Positions 1-14,248 of a stretch of DNA of 64,000 nt are shown in pieces. The notes under the pieces were generated by a model. It was not told the origin of the DNA. It worked only from the letters and a program-made list of their open reading frames with translations, and made no database searches. Numbering within the stretch: the stretch's first letter is position 1; each line of letters begins with the position of its first letter. The stretch comes from Glaucostegus cemiculus (Eukaryota): the NCBI GenBank assembly GCA_976551045.1, contig CDPCPM010000023.1:9734001-9798000 (forward strand), in the 5' to 3' direction. Both the position numbers and the translations under genes were made by a program.

Positions 1-3000
1 TTGGACAGGTTTAGCTAAGAGAGCTGCACACATTGGATGATGTGACGAATAAAATGTTGCACTCTTGATAACCCAAAGTAGAAGTGATCCTATGAATAAA
101 CGAGATCACAGCTCTGATTACCTAGTTACCTCAAATCAAACTTCCAGTTCCAGGCCTCTTATACTAACTGTATTTTCCAGCAGTGTGCTACAGTGCAGGT
201 TTTCTTTGTTATTAATGGTTTGACGTTCAGAGAGATGTATTGAAATCAGGTTTGGAAAGAGTGAAGGATGGGAGAGCATCAAGATAGCTCAGATGTGCAC
301 ACACCCACACACCTGAAAACAGGTGTGTGCACATCAAAGATCTTTTAATGAGTTCAGTCAGTATCTGCATTTTGTTTTGAATGGGGCAGCCACTAGACTG
401 TGATTTGAGTCCTTTGGCTTTTTACATTGGTATTCAGCTGAGGTTCAGTACCTGCACAGCTGTCTCTGAGTTTCAACTCGCCCTCCCTTTGTCAGAAATT
501 CTCATGTTGATAACCTGCATTCAATCATGTACAAAATATAACACTTCACCTTGGTGGGGTAGGAGAGATGGGTGTGTAAATTCTTAGCTGTCTTTTCAGC
601 TGGTATTGGAGAGAGAGATTTACATCAGACGATAAAGGATAGAGACAGTGCTGCAAAAGACTGGATACAGTGGGATATGTGCACAGAGACTGTGTTATAT
701 TGAAGATTATGGGTCACATATATGGACAGAGAATATTGTAACAATCAGTGTTACAAAGGTAGTAATATGACCAAAAACATTATAACAGCAAAGGTTACAA
801 TGGGAGGTGTATTTCAAGGGGTTATAGTGAGACATACATAAAAAGTATTGCTACCATATTGGGAGGCAGTGTTTTGGGTAATTTATACATACTGTAAGTG
901 GGGTCTTCGTACACTTTCTTGAGGTTCAAGTCTCACAGGTAAAGCCATCACTTACGGCACTGTACCTTTTTGTCTGCCTGCACCTTTTTGTCTGCCTGCA
1001 CTTCCTCTGTAACTGTAACACTTTATTTTGCATTCAGTTATTGTTTTCCCTTGTGCTACCTCAGTGCACTGTTGCAATGAAATGATCTGTATGGATGGCA
1101 TGCAAAACAAAGTTTATTGATACATGTGTCAAGAATAAACCAATTTATCATTTATTTGCCTCCCCTAGGGGCCCTCAAGAAGGTGATGGTGAGCACCTTC
1201 TTGGATTGCTGAACTCCATGTATGCAAGGTACACCATAGTGCTATCAGCTGAACATCGAGACTTTGAGCCATTTACCACGATGGATGGGTACAGTGTTTC
1301 CCCAGTCAAGATAGTGAGGGCCCCACCTACCCATTAACTTTGTCTTTCAGGTGGTTGAGGTCAACAGGTGTACTGGTGCCAGTGAAGATTCACTGCTATT
1401 GTTGAGGTAGAACAAATCAAATTGATGGAAGACAAACTTCTTTTGAGAACCCCACTTGTGCAAAGGGCTAGTGGATTATCTACCTGCCACTCCCAGCTGA
1501 AGACCATTGAAAATACTTCAACTTTCTCCTTACATTCACTTATAGACAGTTTAGAGGATGGGAATGTTCCTAGCATTCATGCTTCCCATTAGTCCTTTAT
1601 TTGTCCATTGCTGTTTGCAAATGGATGTAGAAAACTGTACAGCCAGTTAGAGTGGTGGACATAACATATTATTTATAACAGGTTATTCAGAATGCGTAAA
1701 ATTGTTACTATAATTGAAAGGATTATTATTGAAGAGTTTATTTTTGTTGTTATGTTGGAGAAGATTATTATGAAGTGAATAAAGAGATTGTCTTATATCA
1801 GATAGGGTTACAAGTATTGCAAGTACTTATAACAGACAGGGTTACAAATACAAGCAGTATTACAGGGAAGGCCACTCTGAGCTACAAGATAAAAAGGTAC
1901 CTGTGCAAGTATGCAATAGAGGTAGAGAGACAAGAAGGAATCCCATGACACTGCTTTTATTTTAAAAAATGTCTATGTATTCAATTTAATGATAGGGGGG
2001 AAAAAATCACAAACACTCAGGCATGCATCAGCATCACATTTACTTAAAGGCTGCTGTCAGCGCAGGCTGCATGCAGAGGATGATACAGAGGCTCAAATAG
2101 CATGTCTTGCCTTCATCTTTATTTAGTGATAGCTCTTCATATTTTGGGAGGAGTTAACTAAATGGTAAACCTTGCTCCTAAGTGGGCGCATCTCTCTCTC
2201 TCTCTGGTCTCATGTGGATATTTTACAAGTACAGGTCAGATTTACGTTCGATACACAAATTGCATCAGCTTTTTAATGAAACAGAAACAACACTTAGGTC
2301 AAAGAGAAGTTCAAAAATAAACTGTGGGTATAGAAATAGATTGGAAAATGAAAGATAAACCAACCAAAGGAAGTAACACTGAAAGAGTTCAGAAGGGAAG
2401 TGAGACTGGAAGGATATTTGCTAGAAGTTCGAGAAGCAGAGGTCAGAAAATGTGCAACAGGTGTGACAGTTCACCATAGTCAGGTCAAGCATTCTGAGCC
2501 ATAGGATTTGGCTGTGATCTGCATGCAGGACCCCATCCATTCACACTCATGATGATGCAGGGACCAATGGAATTTGAGGAATAGAGTGCTTGAGGTTGTA
2601 GTAGGAAAAAATGGGGCGAGGTGGTGGAGTGTTAATAAGTAGACAAGGAGAGAAGAGGAGAATGGAGGAAGGCATGGATAGGATCGGGGGAATTGGGAGA
2701 TCAAGGGGCTGGGGAAATGATGACCACTGATATCAAATGGGGTAATGGAGTTGGGAGTGATGGAGGAGCTAACACACACAAACCCTGCAGACACTATTGA
2801 AGCTGCTGGACTTGTGTCTCAAGGAAGATCCCAACCAGGCATGATGTTCACAATTACAAGCAGGCTCTCCTTCAGCCAGGCACTGCCACATAGATAAGAA
2901 TCCAAGACACTACTCTCCACCCCCAGCCCCCCTCACCTGCAGCCTCATACCTTTCTCTCAACCCTTGCCAACAACCATCTTAATTGGGGTACCGGCAAGG

Positions 3001-3421
3001 GTAGAAAATGGGGAAAAGCCACTTAACCGGGAGGGTGGCAGCAGGTTAGTGTCTGCATTTTCAGGAAGGAAGAGAGAAGGTCAAGAATGGCACGTAAAAG
3101 GATCAAAACAAGAACAGAACCATCACAAGGTGCTCACACCTCCCATGATCTCAATTGGTGGATCAAGGTGTGGAAATAAACAAGATCTGTTCTAGGGGGA
3201 AAAAAATTGCTCGTCGCCTCTGTTGATTTTTTTTGACATTTTTGTGGAATATTGAAGTTGCTGGCTTGAGTTAATATAACATCTGTTTTTAGTATTAATA
3301 AGGCCCTCTCCGGAACTAACTGTGTAAGGCCAGATGGGGTCGTGTAGCTTTTAATTCAGCCTGTTTCTGAGGTGAGTTAACCCTTTTACTGCCGCAGACC
3401 TGCCTATCTGACAAATATCGG

Positions 3422-3660
3422 CTGCAACACAGTGGTAGCTCTACCATCTCCAAGTCAAGGCTTTCAGGCTTCAAGCTCTACTCCAAGGACTTGAGCGTAA
3501 CATTGAGGCTGACACACTAACGCAGCACTAAGTTGCCATCAGTCGGGCGAGAGGTTAAACTCAAGGCCCTTCTGCCCTTTCAGGTCAAATAATAGTACTT
3601 TAAAGAGGAGCAAAGGTGTTGCTCTGGTGTCCAAATCAACAGTTATCCAAAATCCAATGC
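3422..3660 (+). mobile_element. DeuSINE (SacSINE1-like) relic
   Basis: CTCCAAGGACTTGAGCGTAACATTGAGGCTGACAC..GTTAAACTCAAGGCCCTTCTGCCCT..GAGCAAAGGTGTT resembles the shark DeuSINE consensus as I recall it. Confidence 0.65.
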
Positions 3661-3669
3661 TGTGACAGT

Positions 3670-4005
3670 CACACTGATCGTGACCTCATGGGGAAAAACA
3701 AGCAATATGATGAACAAGTCATTAGCAAAAATACAAGGATCACGTTGACAGTAACCATGTGTGAACAGGAAAACCTACTACTTCCTATATAAAAATATCA
3801 AAATAACATTGACAGCATCCTCATGTAAAATTGAGAATCAAACTAACAAAAGTCTTATGCAAAAGCACCAGAAATACATTGACAACACCTAAATTGTACT
3901 GATCGTGACTTTGTTTAAAATATGTGGATCACACTGAAGTAACTTTATGAACAAGCACAAGAATTCCACTTACAGACACCTCATGCAAATGTAAGAATCT
4001 CACCA
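3670..4005. repeat. Old degenerate minisatellite (~35-40 bp period)
   Basis: Recurrent CACACTGA/CATTGACA...CTCATG..AAA motifs. Confidence 0.55.
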
Positions 4006-6478
4006 GGCTCTTCCAAGCATCGAGTTTGTCACCAGTGTTAATCTTCTCTATTCAATCAAAATACAGTTCCTAAATATTCAATATTGTGAAACTCCATTGG
4101 CAATTTTTCCAATCTATCCTGCCCAAAAGGAAACATGGAATCAGATTTGCCTCTATTTTGCACATGCCAGACATTAATTTCCATTAACTTGAATGAAGTT
4201 GAATGTTCAGGTTTAATTCAACAATAACAACCCTAAAATTTTCATCTCTATAATCATTCATAAACGTTGAAGGGAGCCTGAACAAATTTGTCTACTTCAG
4301 TGGCAACTGACTGAACATGGTTGAAATGATAACCACAGATGACAGAAGGCCAAGTTACAGGTTTCTCTCCCAGAAAAGGTTTCCTGCTTTTTAAGCGAGT
4401 TTGAGTCATCTCATTCTGGATTCTGGTGGGCACTATAGCTGCCTATAAGCTCAGCACATTTTACTCAGAAGACATCAAGATTACTGACATGGAATAGTTA
4501 CGTTACTGAAATAGAGTCATTACCTAAAGCTGGGAGAGAGACCTTTAACTCTCAGTAGCAGTTTTGGCAAAATCATAAGATGTGTCTCAACATGAGACAC
4601 ACAGTGTTATCTGCAAAAGTGTATGTTACAATAGCAAGCAGCAAGCACTGGTGAAAGTAAACAGGCTCCATTCTGATGGGAGGCAGAATAGATCTACTGG
4701 AAAGTCTGGCATTCTGTAAACATCTGATAAGAGAGATGTTAGACCAAGCAAGATAAAGCAGATTCATTCTGGTCTAGACACCAAATGGAGATGCCCACAA
4801 GGAGAGTGAAATGCCCTCAACATCCTTTTTACATGGGTCTCTTTAATTCTGCCTTGCTTAAGCTTATTCAAACAGGCTCCCGTTCCCAAGATGGATATTA
4901 ACCTGGCCATTTTTGGGTGATCAGAAGTTCTCCCTAAGCCCAGCTGTAACTACCTCTCCTCCACACAACCACTAGCACTGCCACAATTGTCCATCTTCAT
5001 ACTGTGCTGTCTATCCATGTCAGCCTGGAAACCTGTAGACTCTGGGTAGGAACGCATCTTCCGTTGCTTGCACTAAATATGTAGTAACCTATCAATAGCA
5101 ACTTCCCTCTGATACCAAACATCAGCAACTGGAGTCAAATATCAGGAGGGAGCACAATGGGAAGTTGATGCTCTGGCACTTGTTTATCCCTAGCCACCAA
5201 ACATGATCCCTACTCCATAGTTACCCAACTGGATGATTCTAACCTCTGGCACAATAGGTGATTCTCCTCACTTCCAAAATGTTATAACTAACGTGCAAGA
5301 ATGTTCCAAGAAGGCTGTTAAATAATGTGAATTGCATGTGGAGTATTCCCAGGGTCTTGGTGACCAATCTTCACTATCTAAAGGCTTTGTCAATCTAGTA
5401 GTGCTGAACTTGTAATGTAACGAGAAGGAGGTTGGTGACGTGACTGAGTAAAAAAGCAGCTCAACAAAATATAAACATCCCACTGCAAAACCTTAAACAC
5501 TGGGACAAATGAGCAGCATAAATTGCTGGTGGTTCAGATTACTACCATTGTCTCATGAATTACTGAATATTTTTCCCACTTAAGTTTTGAGCAATCTGAA
5601 GTGAAGTAAATGGTATATATTCCCCAAGGATACAGCATTAGTCATTCCCAGGTAACATCACAAACCACATTGTTTCCTCTTTTCTTCATGTCTCTGCCCA
5701 ATTTTTCAGGATCAAAGTCCCGTGACGCTTTTATTTGCATAACGCCCATCCCTGTATTCTGCCTGCCGAGGCTGTCAATGCAATGCCAAATTAGACGCAA
5801 TTCTGAGCTGTTGTCTTGTTCCCTGGGAAATTGTTTGAAGCCAGCCAAAGTCAGTTCTGGGGCAGGTACAACCAACGTTTGTGCTGACAGACTGGTTTTA
5901 AAGCCAGAGCTCTGAAGTTAAAGACCAGTGTCATACAATAATTTATTCCACCCATTCTCTTGAAACTAAGCCTTTGAACATAAACTGCTTTAAACAGTTC
6001 CTGTTGCAGGGATATTAAAAATGTATTGGTTTCTTTGCCAGAGATACAAAGTTATTAGATTCTAGAAATACCCTCAGTCCAAGTGTAATAATCCCCTAGA
6101 GGGGGTACTCTGTTGTCCACCATTTTAATGTAATCATAATATCAAAATGAAACTGTTGACCTGTACAAGATACAGGGCTACGATGAGGAGTGATTACAAA
6201 GTAGGGCATGGATCTGATATCTCCATAGTAAAGAATCCTGACAAAGAAAAATACTAAAATAAAGTGCCAGAGCTGAAACTATATCCCGGGAGGACATAAT
6301 TTCAGGAGAGAAAGGGAAATAAGTGGTTGTGGAGGTGGGGACAGGTGAAGGAAAGTAACTGGAAATGATACAACTTTAAATATATGATTCTGCAATCTCT
6401 CACAAGAATATACAAGTAATCTTGAGCAGGTAGCTTAGATGCATGGACGTACTCCCAAATGGCATGGTTGCCATTATT

Positions 6479-6780
6479 GGCAGGCACGGTAGCATAGTGG
6501 TTTGCACAACGCTTTACAGTACCAGCAACCCGGGTTCAAATCCTGCCACTGTCCGCAAGGAATTTGTATGTTCTCCCTGTGTCTGCGTGGGTTTCCTCCG
6601 GGTGCTCCGGTTTCCTCCCACATTCCAAAGATGTACAGGTTGGGAAGTTGTGGGCATGCTATGTTGGTGCCAGAAGCATGGTGACACTTGTGGGCTGCCC
6701 TCCAAAAATCACTATGCAGAAGATGTATCTCATTGTGTGTTTAAATGTACATGTGACTAATAAAGGTTTTATCTTATCTG
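6479..6780 (+). mobile_element. Young tRNA-derived V-SINE (HE1-like head, Rex1-like tail)
   Basis: A-box and B-box (GGGTTCAAATCC); V-domain TCTGCGTGGGTTTCCTCCGGGTGCTCCGGTTTCCTCCCACA; tail GTACATGTGACTAATAAA plus TCTTA repeats. Confidence 0.85.
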
Positions 6781-6799
6781 CAGGTTTAAAACAGACGAG

Positions 6800-7150
6800 T
6801 ACTGACTCTACTGTTGATGAAGTAACATGGAAGCAAACTATAGTGGACTGGATATCGTGCTGGCACGTGGTTGGTGTGTTCACAATGTTCCAGCATCTTG
6901 TGCAGCAGCAGCAACCTACTTAGAATGATGGTAACACAGAACTAACTTCCATCAGCATGGAGGAAAAGGGCAATGGGTGTATTGGAGCACCACACCTACA
7001 GCGTTTCTTCCAAGTCACGCATCATCCCAATTTGGAAATATATTTCTGTCCTTCATCATCACTGGATCCAAATCCCCAACAGCATTGTGGGAGTACGTTC
7101 ATCAGAAAGACTGCCATGGTTCAAAGCTGCAGCTCACCATGTTGCTGGCA
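6800..7150 (+). mobile_element. 3' end of an old CR1/L2-group LINE (related copy ~24630-25020)
   Basis: SSKSRIIPIWKYISV-type terminus shared with ~24830-24930. Confidence 0.5.
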
Positions 7151-7787
7151 ACACACAAATTCCAAAAGTTAATTGGGAGAATAGTCTGGGTTGTGTAGCC
7201 TGGCAGATATTGGGAACTGGAAAATTCCTGGCAAGGACAGGACATTCTAAAGCTTGGCATGATAGCAGCCTGGTATTGGCACCATTGCAGGGAGGAATCT
7301 GTGTACACTGAATAAGATGATTGCTTCAGTTCCATTTCCTGTACTTGTCTTAAACCAGTTCTTAAACAGGCACTCGTCTTTGCACAATCCTCCACTCTTC
7401 CCTGCCCCATTTTCTAGGGATAAGCTAGCAAGCAACATCCATTGTGAACCCACCAACTGCCACAACTAACATAACTACTTTCTCCCACATCATTCCCAGT
7501 TTTGCCGCCACCATCACATCTATTTCCACCTCCCATGCCAATGCTTCAAACTGGTCTTCCTCTCACCCAAGAATTGCCCTTCGATCTCTTGGCTGCACCC
7601 ATTCTTTCCCACCCTCCCCAAACCTATTTATCCCTCCCAGAACTTCTGAGGACATTCATGGTGTTCTCTGTACTCATCTTCAATCCCATCAGTCTCCACA
7701 TCCAGTAGATCAGGCTGCACGCTATCCAGCACCTCCAGCGTAAGACAAGGAATGAATTTCAGAGATAAAGTAAACGTCGTAGTGGGT

Positions 7788-8090
7788 GGTATAGGGGTGT
7801 AGCTGGTAGATTTGCTGCCTCACAGCTCCAGTGACATAGGTTCAATCCTAATCTATAGTGCTGCGCGTGTAGAGTTTACACATTCTCCACGACCACCAAG
7901 GTTTCCTCCCGCTTCCCAGTCATGCGGGTTGGTAAATGGCTCCTTGTGTGCAAGTGAGTGGCCGATTCTGAGAAGAGTTGATGAGAATGTTGGGATCAGT
8001 GTAGGGATTAGTGCAGCTGGGTGTTTGGTGGCCAGCATGGACTCCGTGGACCAAAGAACCCCTCTCAGAGCTATCTGGTTCTATGATTCA
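7788..8090 (+). mobile_element. Older HE1-type V-SINE with CR1-like tail (related copies 22848-23210 +, 11400-11570 -, 21355-21440 -, 44515-44760 -, 56200-56530 -)
   Basis: tRNA-like head (CTGCCTCACAGCTCCAGTGAC..GGTTCAATCC), decayed V-domain, tail resembling the CR1 3' hairpin plus TTCTATGA. Confidence 0.75.
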
Positions 8091-10029
8091 AGGCTGCCAC
8101 AGACAGAGCAGTTGGCTCAATGGACCGGCAATAAATCTGTAGAAATTGTTCTTTTAAACCCAGCCGTCCTACCAGGGCCCAAATACTCCTTCCAGGTGAA
8201 TAGGAACTTATTTATACTTCTTTCAGTATGGTGTAGTGCTTCCACTGCTTGTGTTGTCTTCCCTAATTGGGGAGATGAAATACATTCCTGCAGACTACCT
8301 TCATTCGTGCTGTAAGCATGGCTCTGAGCTTCCACCCCATTCACTTAAATTCTCAGTCCCATTCTGCCCTCTCAGCCCTCAAACTCCTATCCTATTTGAA
8401 TGAAATTTAATGTGATCTCCTGGGATGTTCTAGCCTTGTTGGTTATGGTTGTATGATTCCCATTTATACCCTCAGCTCGGTCAATCTTTAATTTCCTGAC
8501 TGTCACAATACCATTATCCCTTTACCTATTTAATTTCTCCAGCTACCTGATCACAGACTTTACTTCACCACATTCTTAAAATGTGTTTTATCGCCAACAT
8601 CTGCAGCTCTGATTAAAGATCATCAACCTGTAATATTAACCATTTCGTGCCCACTGCCTGACCTGCAAAGAATGTCTGGCATTTTTTTTGTTTCATACCA
8701 AAAAGTACTTAAAAAAAAACTTGTGGTAAAGGTTGAACTTTAAGCAAGTCCCACCCAATCCAATAGAAAAGGCAGACTGCATCTTATAATGAAGCAGTAC
8801 TTGAAGTAAGTTTGCCATTTATCAGAGGGGCTTTGACATTCTGCTGATATCCTGAAGCTTCCTTCACTGCTTGGATCTGAATGTTAAGTAAAGCTTTCAC
8901 CAGGTATGGCATTTAAAAATTCCAGTTTTTGTGGGACGATTCCTCTTCTTGCCCTTTTCCACCAAAGCCAAAGGTCTTTCCATTGACAGGTCCAATTCCA
9001 ATCCCACTAGATGACCTTGGTAACCAATCCTGGCCTGTCCATGAATAGTGAGCACACAGTGATCTGCTTTTCACCACACTTAACAGGTCTCAGGTTCAGC
9101 AGATGTCACCTTGGAGCTCTTGAGTGGTCAGATTGAATGTGACACTCATTTACGGCCTTCTCAGTGGTTCACCTGTCCTTTGCCTCTCCAGGAAGCAGAT
9201 TATCATCTAATCATCACACGGTTTAGCATAACTACAGCTATGCCTTATGTGCATACTTGTAAATATACACAAATTACTGTTGCTGAATTTTCCTTTCTTC
9301 TGAATCCATACTCACAATTCTAGTTTCCAATATCTGTCCACCTTGCCATGGTGTTGCCTGCCACCTGAATCCCTACCTTGCCACCAAACTTGTGCTCATC
9401 TTACCACCGACTCCCTCCCACCTCTTGTTATATACTAGCACCTCTGAAAAGATTGTTCTCTATGATAAACGCATTGTGAAACTGCAAATTGCTACTTGGA
9501 GGAGCAATTGAAGTACAACCATGCTGTTTAGAGAGAGACAAGTACAACCAAAAGATATACATAGTGACAAACAAATGGGCAAATACAGCCAGATAGAAAT
9601 TCTCACAGGTAGGGTCCCATGCACATTTGCACTGGTGGTTTAAAGGACTGGCATACCAACAGGCATGTAAATAGGCAGGCATGCAAAGAGATATACACAT
9701 GTGCACAGACACAAATCTATGCAGATACACATGATACCTTCATATGGAATAGAACAGTTAGACCTACATGCTAAATGGTGGCACGTGTTATTCAGAGGTG
9801 AATTTGTTATGGATTTCAAAAAGGTACTAGGTTACATTCCAAGAAAAAAAACAGGACACACACCAGGATTAAAGAAAGGACACACTGAACACAGCAAGAA
9901 CAAACCAAGGATGTATAAACTTGAAAACATCTCAGTCATACAGGAATAATAAGTTGGGGGAACAGAGCAAAATAAAACACACAATAAGCTAGGAGTGCTC
10001 AAAAGCACATTATAAAGAAAGGATTTACA

Positions 10030-10420
10030 GAGATGACCACAAGGTCCCATGTGCTTCACAGTTGATGAAATATTTTTGGTGTGCGGTCACTTGTGATATG
10101 TAGGGAAAATGCAACAGCTATTTTATCTGCAGCAAGATTGTTCAAACAGCAATGAGATGAATAAGTAGTTAATTTGTTTTAGAGGTGTTGACTGAGAGAT
10201 GAACATTGGCTTGGGCACTTAGGTAAACATTTACAAAGCATGCTGAGAGGCCTCTTTTTCACATCCAAGTGAGAGGCCAGAACTCCATTAGGTTTAACAC
10301 ATCCTGAAGCATTAAGACAATGCAGCACTCTCTCAGCACTGCAGAGAAATGAGGACCAGATTCCAGACTTGAGACAGTGGAGTGGGATTGAAACCCTAAA
10401 TCCTTTTTATTCATAGGAGA
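10030..10420 (-). mobile_element. DeuSINE (SacSINE1-like) relic; another 3' part at 25228-25425 (-)
   Basis: The minus strand shows the head GGGTTTCAATCCCACTCC, CAGTGCTGAGAGAGTGCTGCATTGTC and Deu-domain-like CATTGCTGTTTG..CTTGCTG. Confidence 0.65.
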
Positions 10421-13400
10421 GGTTGCTCCCAGCAAACTGTTTAAACAACTGTAACCTGCCAGGAACAGGAACAAAATAGGTACACAAGAATAAGCTATGA
10501 ACCAATCAAAATAAACAAGGAAAATAACCAAGGGCAACCCAGGCAGCAGGAACTGGGGAAAACAGCAGGTCAGCTCGCCCAGGAACTGGCTGGTTGCCTG
10601 GCCTCGCCATCCATGGTGCCCCAACCATCTAGATCTAGAGTGCCAGCTGAGCTGAGAGCCGGCTTATGAAGTGGAGTGCAACGCCAACGGCAACTGGGCC
10701 TCAGGTGCTGGATCCTGAAGTCGTGTCCCTTGGATTTTTCACAGCATGGTGCCATCGAAGGCCCTTGAGACATTTTTCTGTCTCTGATAATCATTTAAAA
10801 TAATTTATACAATGTTAAATGTTTTTAAAAAATCATTACAGTACTTCAAGTACTAGAAATTAAAAACATTAAATAGAAAAATGAAATCAGTTTACCCACA
10901 TTTACCAATTTACTCAGGGTTGGCAATCCCATTCAAATGAATGGAATCATTTACCCCTGGCACAACTGGTGGGAGCAGAGGGGCCACGTGCAAAGTGCAT
11001 GCAATCCCTCAACACAGCAGTGCTCCACTGAAGACCTCAGTGGCAAGCCCAGCAGTGCGACAGGTGGCCAGATGCACCAGCATCCAACCTCCAGCTCGTG
11101 TCTGACTTCGCAGTTTCAACGTGCAAGCAAAGTCGGGGACAAACTGGGAGGAGCGAGGAGGATGTTGCTGGCAGTTCTCTGCAGAACTCTGGGCTAAAGG
11201 CGAACATCATCCAGTCCACTGGCAGTAAAGGAGAACAAACAGAGGGAAATGTAAACAGAAACATGTTATTCAAACCAGGAACAGAAGCAAATGAAATAGT
11301 CTCAAACTGGAACACTGCAAGGATGCTCATATTTTCTTACAACATAGACTCAGGGCTGAATGGTCTCCTTCTATGTCAGCTCTCACAGCAATTCCATTCC
11401 CCACTTACTTCCCTGTGACCTATCCCCCCCCTCACATGCCCATGAACTCCACCCTGATTCTCCTGCCATCCAGCTACACCAGAGGTAATTTACAGTGGCC
11501 CAGTTAACCTACCAACCAGCAGATCTTTGGGGTGTTGAAGGAAACCAGAGTACTCCAGGGAACAAACAAACCAACCACAAACCAAGAACCAAGGAGGCCT
11601 CTCTGTGACTGGTGAAGTAGTAAAGGTGGCGATAATGAGGATGAGACTGCGGAACAGTCATTTTCAAGGACATGTCAGTTCAAGCCACTAATGGCTGCGA
11701 GTTCAATACAAACAATACCAACTGGGAGCAAGATAAGGCCACTCAGCCCCTTAAGCCTGCTCTGCTATTTAGCTACATCATGACTGAACTGACTTTTACT
11801 TCAATTCTCCATTCCCATTTACCCCCAGATAAGCCTTCACAACCTCATTTAACACCATTCTATCTACCTTTGCTTTAAAAATACTGCTGTGGAAAAAAAG
11901 AGACAAGACAGGGAAATGCACAACCCTCTAACAGGCATGTAACAAACTGTCCTGATTTTACTCAAGGCAAATAAAGTCAGTGAAAAATACTGTGTGTAGA
12001 TTTTATGCACATCTGCATATCTGTGTTTGGCACTTGCACATACCCACCTTGTACATACATCTTTGTATTTACAAGTGTTCTTCATTTGTAGGAGGCAGTC
12101 AGTCATCCCATTGAGTCAACGCCGGCTTTCTTAGCAAACTCGGTCTAATTCACCCACTGATTTCCCCATAACTTGTTCTCTCTGACATGCCCATCAACTA
12201 CCCCTGGTAAGCAGTGGAATGACCAATACTTCAGAAATACAATTGGGCTTCCTAGTAATAGGAGCAACACACGAGCAGATTTACTCAACCACAAGAGAGG
12301 GAAGGAACAGTTTCTAACAACACTCAACCAGATAACAAGGAGAGGAAAATTTAATTTGACAAGTTTGCAAATTATCCAAATTAGGGCCATTGGAAATGCA
12401 TCAACACCCACTCCAATCATGTTGCACTGTCACCTCCCACACCAGATACTCCCCACACCTCCAGAGGACGAACCATTGCACCCCTATCCTCCCTCACTCA
12501 GATGGTTTGGCTCCACCCCCACCCATCTAAGCTTTATCCATCACCAACACTTTTAGACCAATAGCTGGGATCTACCTCTATATGGGTTTCCAGGTTACAG
12601 AATTCATTAGTACTGCCTCAAAGTCAATTTCAAACGTGTGTGTAAAATTCGCGACACTAAAACATGTTAAAACAACATCTGTTGCCAGCTCCACAATTCT
12701 TACAACAATCCATAAAATGGGCCCTCCTTTCAGAGTAATGTCCAACATATAAATTAAACACAGCACACCAGCTGAGTTAAACAGTCACCAACAAGGTATA
12801 CACAGCGGGCTTCCCTTAGCTCCCACATGTTGAATGTAAACCACCGGACTCTGTCTTCCAGAAACACTGATTGCAGCTAGCTTATAGAAATATCAATAGT
12901 CTTATACATATTACTTGGTTTAAATATGACTTTAATTGAGGACCACGGCAGATGAAAACATGTGACTATGTGAGTGAGTGCGCATCTTTGAGAATGAACA
13001 CACATTTGTGTGTATTGATACGAAGATGTGTCTGGTGAGATGCTGGGTGTGAGAATGGAAGTGTGCGGATGTGATTGATAAGAATTTGAGTGCACATGTT
13101 TGTCTATGCATGCGTCACTGAATGCCTTTATGCCTGCTGTTTTTATGTATATTGTTCTTTTGTGCACAGATGTCACTTTATGACCGTTTATCTGTGGCCC
13201 CGTGTATCTTCCTTTGCATCTCTGTGTATGGTTTTCTATTTGTTTCTGTATGCGCGCTTGTCTGTGTCTTTTTCCTGTGCCTGTTTCCTTCCTATATGCC
13301 TATCATCTTTCTTTGTGCATCTTCATAAGCTTTTATCCCCTCTCTCTCTCTCTCTGGTGTTTGTTTCCGAGTGTCTGTATCTTCTTGTGTTGTTCTGATG

Positions 13401-13639
13401 GAGTGTATGTTTATTATATATGCATATGAATATGTCTACATACACACGTGTGATCTATATGTGTAAATATGAACACACATGTGTATACCTGTGTACACAT
13501 ATGCATGTGAATGTGTGTAAATCCGTATGGGTATGACACAGATGTATGTGCGTATGGTGTATACAATGTGTGTGCATCCTGGAGAGAATGGAAGAGGAAA
13601 TGAACAAAAGAAAAGATTTAAAGGGATGGAGACGGAGCG

Positions 13640-14215
13640 AGGAAACTCAGTGCCCGGGCAGGGGAGCGAGCAGGTTAAACTGGCCACATACCACATTACT
13701 GAGAAAATCAGCTTCGTTCAAATCTTCCAAATCCACAAGGCTCGAAGCCGCGAAGAGTTTCTCTGCCCCGAAGTTATCCAGGATATCCATAGTGGCCGAG
13801 GAACGGGGGCTCCGCCGGGGAATCCCAACTTCGGATCTTCCAGCTGTTTGTTGAAGCTGGGGCCGGGGGTTTGGGGTGTGTGGTGGTGGGAGGGAGGGGA
13901 AGCCGCCTCTTGATCCCCTGTCCCTGTCCGCTGCCACCGCCGGCTGGGGGCGGGGTGGGGGTGGCCCCACTCTCCAGGGGACAAGGCTGTCTCCCCGATG
14001 CCCAGTGGCCGCCGACCGGTGTCAGGCTCCTTCGCTCCTAGTGAAGGGGGGGGTGGAGGGGGGGGGGGTGGGGGGACTGCGAGCTCTTCTGGTGTCTCTC
14101 TGGTGTTTGAGGTGTGAAGTGTTCACAAGCTCAGCGGGTTCTCCGAGCTGCTGTCTATTGGATCTCTCCTCCCTCTCCCTCTCCCTCTCCCTCTCTCTCC
14201 CGGTGTGAACTCGCT

Positions 14216-14248
<33 letters not shown>

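Noticed and set aside
293-333. Hairpin CACACACCTG-AAAA-CAGGTGTGTG
   Set aside because: Built on CA/TG simple repeat; no RNA-gene context.
6479-6555. tRNA-like sequence
   Set aside because: It is a SINE head; no complete cloverleaf.
13527-14208. Plus-strand ORFs overlapping CREB3L1 exon 1
   Set aside because: GC-rich or low-complexity shadow frames with no domain similarity.
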